Position numbers and translations under genes: made by a program. Positions 51,041 through 63,152 of a stretch of 64,000 nucleotides of DNA are shown here, piece by piece. Source of the DNA: Hemiscyllium ocellatum (lineage: Eukaryota); assembly GCF_020745735.1 (NCBI RefSeq), contig NC_083406.1, positions 99,487,164-99,551,163 of the forward strand, given 5' to 3'. The notes below the pieces were generated by a model. It made no database searches and was not told the DNA's origin. It saw only the letters and a program-made list of their open reading frames with translations. Each line of letters starts with the position of its first letter. Position 1 is the stretch's first letter.

Positions 51041-52234
51041 GTATTAACAGCATGTTAACCATATTGCTACCCTGCACAGATAAAGGTCATTGTTTGATTA
51101 AGTGATTAGATGACTGATAATGAGTGAGAGCCAGGACACTGTCTTGGTGAAATGTGTGATGCTGCATTCTGTAAATGAACCTTTAAGTAAGAAAAGTGTT
51201 AGTATCTAATTTCATTCCTTCACATCAAATAAACATCCAACAGATTTATTTTTATTCTGGGTCTATATTTATTGCTCATCCCTAAGTGCCCATGAGAAGG
51301 TTGGACATGGACAAGCCCCTTTGGTCCCACAAGGAAAGGTTAACTTGTTTTATCTTGAGAACTCCCCAAGTTACTTCTGAGAGTCCCTTTCCATGACTAA
51401 TTTGAAAGCTGAGGATCATTCTCTGCACTCTGATGTTGCATTACCATGTGCCAACCAACAGCTTACCAACCTGACCAAATAACATGTCCACTTCAGTTCC
51501 AACCAATTGATTCTTACCTTAAGTTAAAGTCGCGACTTTAATTTCTGATTAAAAGCATGTTAGCTCAAGACTTTGCAGAATATTTGTTTTGAAATATTTT
51601 GTGTTTCAGTAGAGGTACAATGCAATCGGAAAAATATCAAGCCTGGAAAGCGTGGAGACCTGTCAAATGCCAATCAATGTTGAATGCGGATGACAGATGT
51701 CAATGCTGAATGCTGCCATTTTAGAAGGTTGTTGGAGATGGGGAGCATATAAGCAATGGACTCAAAGCATCCCAGGAGGACAATAAAAGACATGAATCTA
51801 GACTTCAAATATGAGGATGCTGTCAGTATGTGCATGAGAGTCAGCAGAACAGTTAAGCAAGTGACATGTAAAGTAATAGCTGCTAAATGTGAATGAAAAT
51901 TTCAATGTCATAAAAGGTGATGCTCTAATAAAGAGTATTCAGGTTGAGGAGGATTGCTTTAAGCTGTGTAACAAATGTACTGCTTTATATATATATATAT
52001 AAGAAAAAAATAATCTCAATAAGAATCCAGGCTTTTGAGAGCTGCTGTTTTCTAGTTCGGTCCTTCTATGTCACTTCGAGTCAGTCATATTAAAACAGGA
52101 TCCCTATAAGAAATATAAAATTGCAACATTGAACATTGACAAGTTTTCTTGCATCACATATGGTGAGAGAAAATGAGAATCCAGAAGGCTCATTCAAAAT
52201 AAGACAGATTTTTGGAAATCGTATCAGAATAACA

Positions 52235-52548
52235 ATTAGATTAGATTACTTACAGTGTGGAAACAGGCCCTTCGGCCCAACAAGTCCACACCGACCCACT
52301 GAAGCGCAACCCACCCATACCCCTACATTTACCCCTTACCTAACACTACGGGCAATTTAGCATGGCCAATTCACCTGACCCGCACATCTTTGGACTGTGG
52401 GAGGAAACCGGAGCACCCGGAGGAAACCCACGCAGACACGGGGAGAACGTGCAAACTCCACACAGTCAGTCGCCTGAGGTGGGAATTGAACCCAGGTCCC
52501 TGGCGCTGTGAGGCAGCAGTGCTAACCACTGTACCACCGTGCCGCCAC
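52235..52548 (-). mobile_element. HE1-type SINE, young (CpG-rich)
   Basis: Retains many CpGs; (attag)n tail; A/B boxes. Confidence 0.93.
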
Positions 52549-52932
52549 CAAGGGACTCTCTCCATGCAGTAAATACTCTATGACTCTGGCAATGCTCTAT
52601 GAAACTCAATGACAGCAGTTAATAAGATAAAGAAAAATACAAATCAGGCTCTGGGTTCTGTGAAGATTAGTTGATGTGACATTTAACCTGATAAATTGGT
52701 AATGCTGGTGTTGACAACAAAGTAGTTGCTTTTGAAATTTTTGGCTTTGAAAGTTAGCTGACAGGCTTTTCCTTTGCACCAGTGACTTCACTCACCTGAC
52801 TGGCAGCACGCAGAGCAGGAGAGGGTCTTTCTTTACATGCAGTGCAGATATATCGAATGGTTGTGCAATTCAGAGCACACTGGACAACACTAACCCATGA
52901 ACACACACAGACCAGGGGTTGTAATTGACTTT

Positions 52933-53110
52933 GAGTCGAAAAGACTGGTGCTGGAAAAGCACAAAGAAGTCAGGCAGCATCTGAGGAACAGGAGAGTTGA
53001 TGTTTCAGGCATTATTCCTTGTGAAGGGCTAATGCCTGAAATGTCAACTCTCCTGCCCCTTGGGTGCTGCCTAAACTACTGTGCTTTTTCAGTACCACAT
53101 TTTTGATTCT
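52933..53110. mobile_element. Older PLE family A palindrome abutting a CR1 5' truncation
   Basis: gtgctggaaaagcac...ttcaggcatta / taatgcctgaa...gtgctttttcagtac inverted arms. Confidence 0.8.
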
Positions 53111-54412
53111 GAAAGGCAAGGACTGTTTAGGGACAGTCAACATGGCTTTGTGCGTGGGAAATCATGACTCATAAACTCAAATGAGTTTTTTGAAGAAGTA
53201 ACAAAGAGGATGATGAGGGCAGAGCAGTAGATGTGATCTATATGGACTTCAGTAAGCCATTCAAAAAGGTTACCCATGGGAGACTAGTTAGTAAGGTTAG
53301 ATTTCATGGAATAGGGGGAGAACTAGTCATTTGGATACAGAACTGGCTCAAAGGTAGAAGACAGAGGGTTGTTTTTCAGACTGGAGGCCTGTGACCAGTG
53401 GAGTGCCACAAGGATCGGTGCTAGGTCCACAATTTTTCTCCATTTATATAAATGATTTGGATGCAAGCATAAGAGGTATAGTTAGTAAGTTTGCAGATAA
53501 CACCAAAATTGGAGGTGCAGTGGAGAGCGAAGAAGATTTCCTCAGATTACAGTGGGATCTTGATCAGATGGGCCAATGGGCTGAGAAGTGGCAGATGGAG
53601 TTTAGTTTAGATAAATGTGAGGTGCTACATTTTGGGAAAGCAAATCTTCTAAGAACATATATACTTAATGGTAAGGTCCTAAGGAGTGTTGCTGAACAAA
53701 GAGACCTTGGAGGGCAGGTTCATAGCTTCTTGAAAGTGGAGTCACAGGTAGATAAGATAGTGAAGAAGGCATTTGGTATGCTTTCTTTCATTGGTTAGAG
53801 TTTTGAGGACAGGAGTTGTGAGGTCATGTTGTGGCTGTACATGACATTGGTTAGGCCACTGTTGGAAGTTTACGTACAATTCTGGTCTCCTTCCTATCGG
53901 AAAGATGTTGTGAAACTTGAAAGGGTTCAGAAAAGATTTACAAGGCTGTTGCCAGGGTTGGAGGATTTGAGCTATAGGGAGAGTTTAAATAGGCTGGAGC
54001 TGTTTTCCCTGGAGCGTCGGAGGCTGAGGGGTGACCTTATAGAGGTTTACAAAATTATGAGGGGCATGGATAGGATAAATAGACAGAGTCTCTCCCTGGG
54101 GTGGGGGAGCCCAGAACTAGAGGGCATAGGTTTAGGGTCAGAGGGGAAAGATAGAAAACAGACCTGAGTGACAACCTTTTCACACAGAGGGTGGTACGTG
54201 TATGGAATGGATTGCCAGAGGAAGTGGTGGAGGCTGGTACAATTGCAACATTTAAAAGGCATTTGGATGGGTATAAGAATACGAAGGATTTGGAGACATT
54301 GGTCAGGTGCTGGCAGGTGGGAGTAGATTGGGTTGGGATATCTGGTCAGCATGGATGAGTTGGACTAAAGGGTCTATTTCTGTGCTGTGCATCTCTATGA
54401 CTCTATGACTAT
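53111..54412 (+). mobile_element. CR1/HER1-like LINE 5'-truncated copy
   Basis: GVPQGSVLGP, FADNTKI, KCEVLHFG, VQKRFTRLLPGL, RRRLRGDLIEVYK; (ctctatga)n tail. Confidence 0.95.
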
Positions 54413-54419
54413 ATCTGCT

Positions 54420-54765
54420 GGGGCTGAGAAGAATAAGTGGGGATCTCATAGAAACCTACAAAGTTCTAATTAGATGAGACAGTGTAATTGTAGAAAGGAT
54501 GTTCCCAATGATTAGGAGGTATAGTTTAAAGACAGGGGCTAGGCAATGTAAGATTGAGATGTGGAGAAATTTTATTGCCCAGAGACTGGTGAGCCTGTGG
54601 AATTCTCTGCCACAGAAAGCAGATGAGGTCAAAAACATTGAATGGCTTCAAGAAGGGGATTGATATAATTCTTAGAGCTAAAGGGAACAAAAGCTCTCCT
54701 GCAAAAACAGGAACAGAGTGTTGAGTTGGATGATGTTTATCCCCTGCTCCTGTATTCTATGTCGC
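54420..54765 (+). mobile_element. Second CR1 subfamily 3' fragment
   Basis: GDLIETYKVL; LVSLWNSLPQKA. Confidence 0.75.
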
Positions 54766-55009
54766 TACCTTTCCATATGTTGATTGTATGTGTATTTTAA
54801 GAATGTTTAATGTATCTGCAATGAATCCTGAATTATAACCCATTGTCAAAACATCATCATTTAGTCAAATTGTGAATTCATGAGAAGTTTCCTTACCGAC
54901 AAAATGATCAGGATGTGGATTGTGCTACCACAGTGTATTGTTACGGCAAGCAAATACCATCTATGTTGATATTGTTGGATTAGGAAGGATGGGATGAGGC
55001 TCAAAAGAA

Positions 55010-55238
55010 CTGAAATGACTGCACAGAAGCTGGTATGCTGTCACCCTTTATTTACACGAGCACAGCAAATGGACTCTGACCAGCTCGCTCAGTGCCAGTC
55101 CCTAGAGTGAGGAGACGCTCTGATTCTCCTGTTTATATCTGTCAGCCAGGACTCTCTGATTGGTCCTGGTTAACAGCCCCAATCAGCGATCTCGTCTGCA
55201 ATGAGATCCACCTGGCCAACCTCATTCCAATCACTGCA
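55010..55238 (-). mobile_element. Probable solo LTR fragment
   Basis: Minus strand starts TG, then CCAAT motif, TATAAA and downstream AATAAA in LTR order. Confidence 0.5.
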
Positions 55239-56043
55239 GGGAGCATAAATATCATGACTAGTTGGACTGAATACTTTACTTCTATCCAGCTTATTTTGTG
55301 TGCCATCCATTTATTTGTCCTAACATTCGCACATTCTTTTATTCTTTGGAACAGATGATGGCAGCCACAATGTGAGCAAATGCCATGTTGCTGTCTACTT
55401 TTTAGGTCTGGCAAAGTACTTGTCCTATTGGCAACAGCTTTAACTTGACTGAAGAAAGATGCATGCAGGAACATTCAGTATTCTGAAACCACCATGTGCT
55501 TCAATCTAAATGGATACACATATTGGATGATGGCCGAATGTGCTTCCTTGACAACAACGTTAGAAATCTGTTGCTGTTACTTTACATGTATCTTTGAAAC
55601 TATAACATTACCGTCCAAGCAGATGCCCATTTCATGGTGCTTTGCATTGTTGGTTCTGTGTGTTTGCAGTTGAATGACAAGATTGTTAATTTTTGAAAAC
55701 TTGTTCCCTAAGATGTTTGTAAATGTTTCATAAAATCAATTCCTGGTTCACAAACAATTTGAAAATACATTAAAATAAAGGCAATTTGAGAGTGTGCTAT
55801 TTACCTTTATGGCACTCTTAGCCATTGGGTACCCAACAGAACATGGTGGATTCCAGCAACGCTAGCTTAACTGACAGCAAGAAAGTAGTACCTGTACCAC
55901 ACCATGAAATGGAGCAATTAGCAAGGCAGCAATTTTCAGGAGGTAACCACATTTCATTCTGACTTCCCTCAAGAATTTGCAAACATGTCACATCATGATC
56001 ATCTCAAACTTCCAGACAGTCTTTAGTTGCTAAAACAGAACTT

Positions 56044-56172
56044 CTGAAGATGGGTCACTGGACCTGAAACGTTAACTCTAATTTCTCTGCACACATGCTG
56101 TCAGACCTGCCGAGTTTCTCCAGCAATTTCTGTTTCTGTTTCTGATTTCCAGCATCTGCAGTTCTTTTTGGT
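56044..56172 (+). mobile_element. PLE 3' end (family A-related) starting at a hammerhead core
   Basis: CTGAAGA-t-gggtc-actg-gacct-GAAA-cg-TT...ccagcatctgcag tail; sibling at 18572-18705. Confidence 0.8.
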
Positions 56173-56524
56173 TTGTAAGGTTTTTAAATTGTAGTCTGCA
56201 TTCCTAGCTAATGGGCTGTAAACCTTCAGTGGGAGGTTTTTGGTTGAACTTTCACTTCCATTGTGAGGGTTTGTCTAACAGCTTGGATCATGTGACTGCA
56301 CACTGCATTAAAGGTGGGGTGAGCAGAGGAGATTAGATCACAGCTTCTATGTGGGTGGGCTTCCCGTCATGATGAGTTTGTGGGTTGTGTTAGGAGCCTA
56401 CACATGTTCCAGGCCGAAATCGAATTCTCTGTTAAATCTATCAGCAAATAGAAGACTAAGATTACAAAAAATGTTCCTTTCTGCACTGATTCTGTAAAAT
56501 TGCCATAGTCCCACTGGATAATGG

Positions 56525-56705
56525 GCCCACTCTCTCCTTAGAGAGAGAGATACCAGGCTTAATCGGAGGGTCAGCACACCTCAGTTGAGGGGAAAATTTG
56601 GGTTATTTGTACTAATCTCACCCAGTGTAGGAGTTGAACCCCACACAGTTAGGCATCACTCTGCTTTGCAAACCAGACACCCAGCCAACTGAACTAATTG
56701 ACCAC
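56525..56705 (-). mobile_element. tRNA-derived SINE of another family
   Basis: Minus strand tagttcagttggctgg (A box) ... ggggttcaactcc (B box). Confidence 0.5.
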
Positions 56706-58995
56706 CTGAGTCTGAGATTGGTTCTTTACTTTTCTTGTTGGTTTTGCAATTATTTGTAATATTAGTTAAAATGCAACACCTCCGAGGTCTTAAATACAGA
56801 TTCAATTTGCAAGGCCTTCTAGTTATGCAAGTGTTTAATTTTTTTCAGAACACTCAAGGCTGGAAATGAACATCCGTCTGTTGTTCATCAGCAACCCTTT
56901 AGTGGCAGAGCAAGTTTCCACAGATTGTTTGACAACACAAGGCATCACACGCCGGATTCAGTCCTCATTTAACATCCACGCAGGGCATGCCGCTGGCTAG
57001 TGATCAGAAATGGGAACCCAGGAAGTTGGGAGTGACAGAATGGAGAGGGGGATGGTGTTGTGGTGGATGTGGGGGGAGGGATGAGGCTGGAGGAGGGGCA
57101 GGAGGGCGGTGGGGGCGAGTGGTAGTGCAAACTAAATTTAGTTTGAATGCTGTTATTGTTGTTTTGGCTGAACTCGGTTAAGTGTGGATCAGGGATTTTT
57201 AAGTCTACGTTCTTCCATGTGTACTAAATATGGGGATCATCACAGATAGAGCATTTGCCCTCTGAGTCAGCTTGAGAGATAGATACAAATCCAAACTCAC
57301 AAAACAAGGATTTGTTTACTTCATTGTTTCGCCCATGAAAAGGTAGCCTTTTGTAACTCTGGTGTTACATTAATTTCCTAATCTCCTATCCTCATAGGGG
57401 TGCTGTCTGTGATTAATGGGTGCAGTTTTGAAATTCACAGACTTTGCTGCATTTTATGTTATTTCTGTGGTGTCTTTGAAGCTGTTCATTAAAAAAACAT
57501 GCTGCAGTCCGGGATTCTGCTCACATCTGGTTTGGCAAAAGATAGTAACCTTATTCTGGAAAATGACTGCTGCTCCCTTGCCAAGTGTGAAACTCCTAGA
57601 ATTCTTAATAACCTCTCAATAATCAGAGGCCTAACTCAAAGGACAGAACTTTATACTTTAGAGGAAGGGACTCCACCTTGGCAAAATAGTCAGTGAACCG
57701 ATTATATTCCGTAAAAACTAAGAGCCACTCTGTTACCATGACAATGATTGGAGAACCGTGCTCATATCCTGGAGTTTTTTTTACAGGGGTTAATATAGGT
57801 CAAACACACTGACTTCAGTTTTGGGTAAACATGGTTGCACCGTTAACCCCTTGCTAACTGAAGCAATTTCATAAAATGTAGATGATGCAAGGAAATGAAA
57901 TGAGCGTAAATGATAAAGTTAGTTTTGATCTCAGCAATTTGTTGTGCAGGAAATTGTGAGACAAGAGGAAAATAACTTGTTCTATGGGTGATCCTGTAAG
58001 CAGCCTCATTCTAGCTGTTTATTAAAAAGTCACTGAAAATTCATTCCCACAAATTTTAATGGGATAAATAACTAATTAATCTGGTTTACTTGTCTGAGGG
58101 AGTAACACTGACCAGGACACAGACAGTGCCATCTCCAATAACTATGTTACTTCTTTCTCGCTGAATTGACTGACTTCAGTTCTTCTATAGCAGTGGAGGT
58201 GCTACAGTTGACACAGGTGATATAAAACAAAGGGCTATCTTCTCACTTCAGATTACAAACCATTGATTACATCTTGAAAGATATGGCTGCCGGTGCCTGG
58301 TTTGGCAGGTACATCCTCACATCTGGCCAGTTGACTGACAGTCTGTTAGCCCATAGAACCATCAAGGTCAGAATCACTGCCTTGGGTGTAGAGGAGCTGA
58401 AGGTAGAAAATAAAATCACCTTGACAGTATTTTGAAGGTCAGATAATTGATAAATGAGGTCTTCCCAATAAGGATTAACAGGTTGCTAACACGAATATGA
58501 TCACAATATTAGTACTAGACACTGCTCCGAGTGAATGTTAAAGGATAGTTTTTAACAATTACAGTCTGACACTTATGTTGACATCAAGTTTGAGAATCCT
58601 GCTGATACCTGCTCTTTGTTTGCAGGGATTTTAGTACAAAGTGGTGGTGGAGTGAATGTAGTACAACACAAAGCAGGAGCCACATTGGCACAAACACTGT
58701 ACTGTAAGTAATGGATCAACTGCCCAAGGATAATTACTATCACTGCAAAATGGGGACGAAGAGCAAGCAGTGCAAAACATGTCAGTGCAATCAATACACA
58801 GTGCTATCATACAGAAACCAATTGCTGCTGTAAAGTCTCAGGCACAGAAATTCTTATTCGTGACAGAGTGGAAAACTAGCAAATCTCAAGTAAGTGGTTT
58901 GCGAAATGAGGCAAACCTTGTTTTGTCCTTTCTTCCATAATAGATAAGTGTGGAATTTTCCCAGATGACCCTTTGTGGTATCTTTGCTACCTTTG

Positions 58996-59560
58996 CCAGT
59001 ATGTGGTACAGAGTAAGGGTTGTTTGAGGTAGTTCCCTCAGTTATTCTTTGTCTTGGGTCTATCTAGTAATTAATGGAAGACGATCTACCATCATAGAGC
59101 TTCTACAGAAGATGCCTTGTTCTTAGACAACAAGAATTGGTTGATGGCAATAAGTACAGCTACATTTGGGCAGGGATAATTACTAAGACTTTAGGGAGCT
59201 GGTACAGATGAACCTGTTCCCTCTGAAATCTAGAATGGAATTCCTTATTTTTTCTCCCATAGAAGAAACATTATATAATCATGTGCAAAGAATATTGCAT
59301 TTTAGGTCCTCCAGTGTGTGGTACTGGGTTTGAAGTAGTTCACTTCAAGAAATCATCTTTTTATTATTTGTTTTATCTTGGGTCTATCTAGTAATTAGTG
59401 CTAAAGGACAAACTACCTACAAAAGAGGCACTCTTCATGGATAACAAGCTGGTAACATGTTCATGACATCAATAAGTACAACTGCATTTGGTCAGGCATA
59501 ATTCCTGGGACCGGAGGGAGCTGATACAAAAACGTCTGCCATCTCTGAAAGCTACAATAT
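58996..59560. repeat. Ancient tandem duplication, period about 315 bp
   Basis: Shared blocks ccagt.tgtggtac, tcttgggtctatctagtaatta, caataagtaca.ct.catttgg, agggagctg.taca, ctctgaaa.cta.aat in the same order in both copies. Confidence 0.85.
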
Positions 59561-60731
59561 TCCATTTACATTAGAATCAGTGGAGTCAATGTGATATGAG
59601 CACAATGTAACCCCTAGAACCAATACCTTATGCCACATAAGTATGAGGTGGTTGATGTGGGCAGAACATTTGCTTAGTTCCCTGTGGCAAAGGATGCAGC
59701 TAGATAAGTCTTTGTACTGATGGGCTACAGATGACAAATAATCGGGTTTGCCTGTTAGTCCGTGGTGATTAGTGCCAGTGAAGTATGGAGCTATGCCTGG
59801 GAATAAGTTGGCACTTTGCTAGAGAGTCGAAGATGACTTTTATAAATTTAAGGGCCATCTTTGAGCATCTGCTTTTAGTACTGGAAGTGCAAATCAGGAA
59901 TTAGAACGCACACTATTGTGCTCTCTCAAGCACAACAGCAGTAAAAAATGATCAGTGTGCTTCAAATTAAGACATGATGTGTTTTAGGAGTGTGTCTGTT
60001 GAACAATGGAAAAGCAAGTACTCAAAAGTCTTTTGGCAAATTTGATGCTTTAACGTATTCAGTTATGAGATGTGAATGTAAGCAGCTGTCTGTGCTATTC
60101 TTTGCTGAGTGTCAGCAGGTTCATCACAGAGAATTCTGATGGTAAGAAGTTGAAGCCCTGATGCAGGTAAAATTGCTGAATGCCACACTAGCTCAGCAGG
60201 GTGTTCAAAGACATTCCCTTCAATGAGGATTTTGTTGCAGGATTACTGAAAAAGAAATGTGGACCCAGCCTGCCGACATGAAAAGCAAGAGAAACAGACC
60301 AGGCCCATTTCAGGTAGAAAGATGCAATGTAAAGGAATCATTTCAGACTTGCCCAACAACGTCAGCCTGCAATTATAATGTTTTGAGAACACTCATTCTA
60401 ATTTTAAACTACTTTACCACAGGGAAAAGATGTTTCCTATGACAGTCATAGCTTTTGTCACTTGGGATTATTCACTTCTTTTTGTGGCAGTTGTGTAAGA
60501 GATTAGGCTCGTCAGCTCTCAATTTTGTATGTTACCACTCTCACTGGAGCTTCACAGTAGTGTCCCCAGCTCATGGAGTCTGGATGGACTGGGGCTAGTA
60601 CCTGTGGAATGAATGGTTGCCAGAAGTATGCAGGATGGATCATGATGTTGCTCAGTGTGTAATGCTGATTGGATACCAGGGTATCATTTTGGATGTCAAT
60701 GCTTCAGCTCACATTACTGTACACAGAGTTT

Positions 60732-61190
60732 GTTTTTTATTCATTTGTGGGACAAGGGCGTTGCTGGCTAGGTCAGCAATTATTGCCCATCGCTAATGGC
60801 CCAGAGGGGAGTTAAGTGTCAGTCACATTCCTGTGGGTCTGGAGTCACGTGTAGGCCTTACCAGGCAAAGATGGCAATTTTTTTTAGATTACTTACAGTG
60901 TGGAAACAGGTCCTTCGGCCCAACAAGTCCACACCGACCCACCAAAGCGCATTTACCCCTTCACCTAACATTATGGGCAATTTAGCTTGGCCAAGTCACC
61001 TAACCTGCACATTTTTGGACTGTGGGAGGAAACCGGAGCACCCGGAGGAAACCCACGCAGACACAGGGAGAATGTGCAAACTCAACACAGTCAGTTGCCT
61101 GAGGTGGGAATTGAACGCAGGTCTCTGGCGCTGTGAGGCAGCATTGCTAACCACTGTGCCACCGTGCTGCCCAATTTCCTTCCCTAAAGA
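60732..61190 (-). mobile_element. Non-HE1 SINE 3' part interrupted by HE1
   Basis: ttttttattcatttgtggg tail; ...aaagatggcaat|ttccttccctaaag split by the HE1 copy. Confidence 0.6.
60884..61172 (-). mobile_element. HE1-type SINE
   Basis: A box, body and attag tail; close to the 52235 subfamily. Confidence 0.92.
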
Positions 61191-61196
61191 GCAAAG

Positions 61197-61372
61197 AATC
61201 ATAGTCATAGAGATGTACAGCATGAAAACAGATCCTTTGGTCCAATTGGTCCATACTGAGCAGATATCCTAAATTAATCTAGTCACACTTGCCAGCATTT
61301 GGCCCATACCCTCCAAACCCTTCCTATTCATATACCCATCCATAGAGTCACAGAGATGTACAGCACAGAAAA
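61197..61372 (-). mobile_element. Two tandem CR1/HER1-like 3' termini
   Basis: gtcatagagatgtacagca near 61204 and gtcacagagatgtacagca near 61347. Confidence 0.75.
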
Positions 61373-61421
61373 CTGTGACAAATTCCTGACTCATGTCTTC
61401 TGGCTGTTATGAAGATACTAC

Positions 61422-61733
61422 AGATTAAATTAGATTAGATTCCCTGCAGTATGGAAACAAGTCCACACCAACCCTCTGAAGAGTAACTCATCCAGACCCA
61501 TTCCCCATATTTACCCCTGACTAATGCACCTAACACTCTGGGCAATTTAACATTACCAATTCATCTGATCTGTCCATCTTTGGATTGTGGGAGGAAACTG
61601 GAGCACCCGGAGGAAACCCACGCAGACAAGGAGAGAATGTACAAACTCCACACAGACAGTCACCTGAGGCAGGAATCAAACCCGGGCCCCTGGTGCTGTG
61701 TGGTAGCAGTTCTAACCACTGAGCCACAGTGCC
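61422..61733 (-). mobile_element. HE1-type SINE
   Basis: Body and tail as in the other copies. Confidence 0.88.
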
Positions 61734-62945
61734 AGCAGATATTTACTGCTTTCCGTTGTTCTTTAAGGGAGCAGTGCACAGATGCTGAGGAACCTTCTGC
61801 TGACTTTCAGGCCTTTGCACAAACCACTCATTCCCAAACTTGAGTGATATTGGTCTTGGGGAATGAGTGAGATAAACTGCTGTGAGAATGAAAAGGGAGA
61901 AGGAAGAGAAAAGCATTCAACAGGAGATCAGGGTATTCAAACAACAATTCTGTCCCTGACCATCCATGAAAAGCAATGACCAGGACATTCCCCTGCTGAG
62001 AAGTAGCATGGCAGATGGTGGGACAGGCAGAAAACCAGGTGGGTTGGTGCCAATGAGATATGTGCCCCCTGCCCGCTGCTCAGAAATTAAGTTCTGGGCA
62101 GATAGGCACATGATCAACCTTCATGACCCGTTGCCCTTAAATAGTTAATTAACAATCTCTTAGAGGCCTCATCCCAACTGGTCTGCAATTACTTTAGCTC
62201 CAGGCTGAATGGGAAAGAGCCAGCCCACCCAACACTATGGGCAGGATGATTTGGATGCTTTGGGTAGTGGGTGAGGGCGTGAGTCTGAGTAAGCATGATA
62301 GACTAATCTGAGGATAGGGTTTGGCCTCTGAGAGCCGCCCCACACTTTCCTAACTTTGAACCCTGACCCCTCTCCCAGCCGCAGCATCTGCAGATGCTGG
62401 CCTCTGATTGGTGGGCAGCTCCAGACAGGCAGGACTTGACTTCTTAATGACTGCAGAAAGTCCGGACTGATGATTGATTCAGTGGGTTTTCTGAATAAGG
62501 TACATAGTGTCTTTCTCTCTGCTTGAATACAGGAAAATCCCGTCCTATGCGTGAGAATTCTGCTCTTCAGTGAGGGTACCCTGACTGAAACGTGCCTATT
62601 GCTGCAGCCATAATGGCAGTGTCAGAGTGGGCCCACGTGGCATTGCCAGTGGCTAATCTGGCAATGACCTTAAACCTACCTAACCTCAATCCACCTGACT
62701 CCTTCCCAGGTTGGAGTTGGAGATGTTTGCAACAATTCACAGTTTTCCGATCACAGTTGCACAAGGGATGTTCAATGAGAGCCACCTGAATTTCATTCCC
62801 CCTCTTGCCTGGGAGAAGCTTTGCTGGGTCGATTGGCTTTCCAAGTCAGAGGGTGACATTTATTGTATGCATGCACTGCATGATCCAATCGCAGAAACAG
62901 ATGGGATTTCATTTGCGCATCAATCCAATGTATGATCATTCACAG

Positions 62946-63152
62946 AGGAGAAAGTGAGGTCTGCAGATGCTGGAGATCAGAGCTGAAAATGTGTTGCTGG
63001 AAAAGCGCAGCAGGTCAGGCAGCATCCAAGGAGCAGGAGATTCGACGTTTCGGGCATAAGCCCTTCATCAGGGCTTTTGCCCGAAACGTCACATCTCCTG
63101 CTCCTTGGATGCTGCCTGACCTGCTGCGCTTTTCCAGCAACACATTTTCAGC
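62946..63152. mobile_element. PLE family A palindromic insertion with 35-nt tail and 15-bp TSD
   Basis: TSD tatgatcattcacag at 62931-62945 and 63153-63167; tail 62946-62980. Confidence 0.96.

Noticed and set aside
52470-52548. tRNA genes
   Set aside because: A/B boxes belong to SINE heads attached to SINE bodies; no complete cloverleaf
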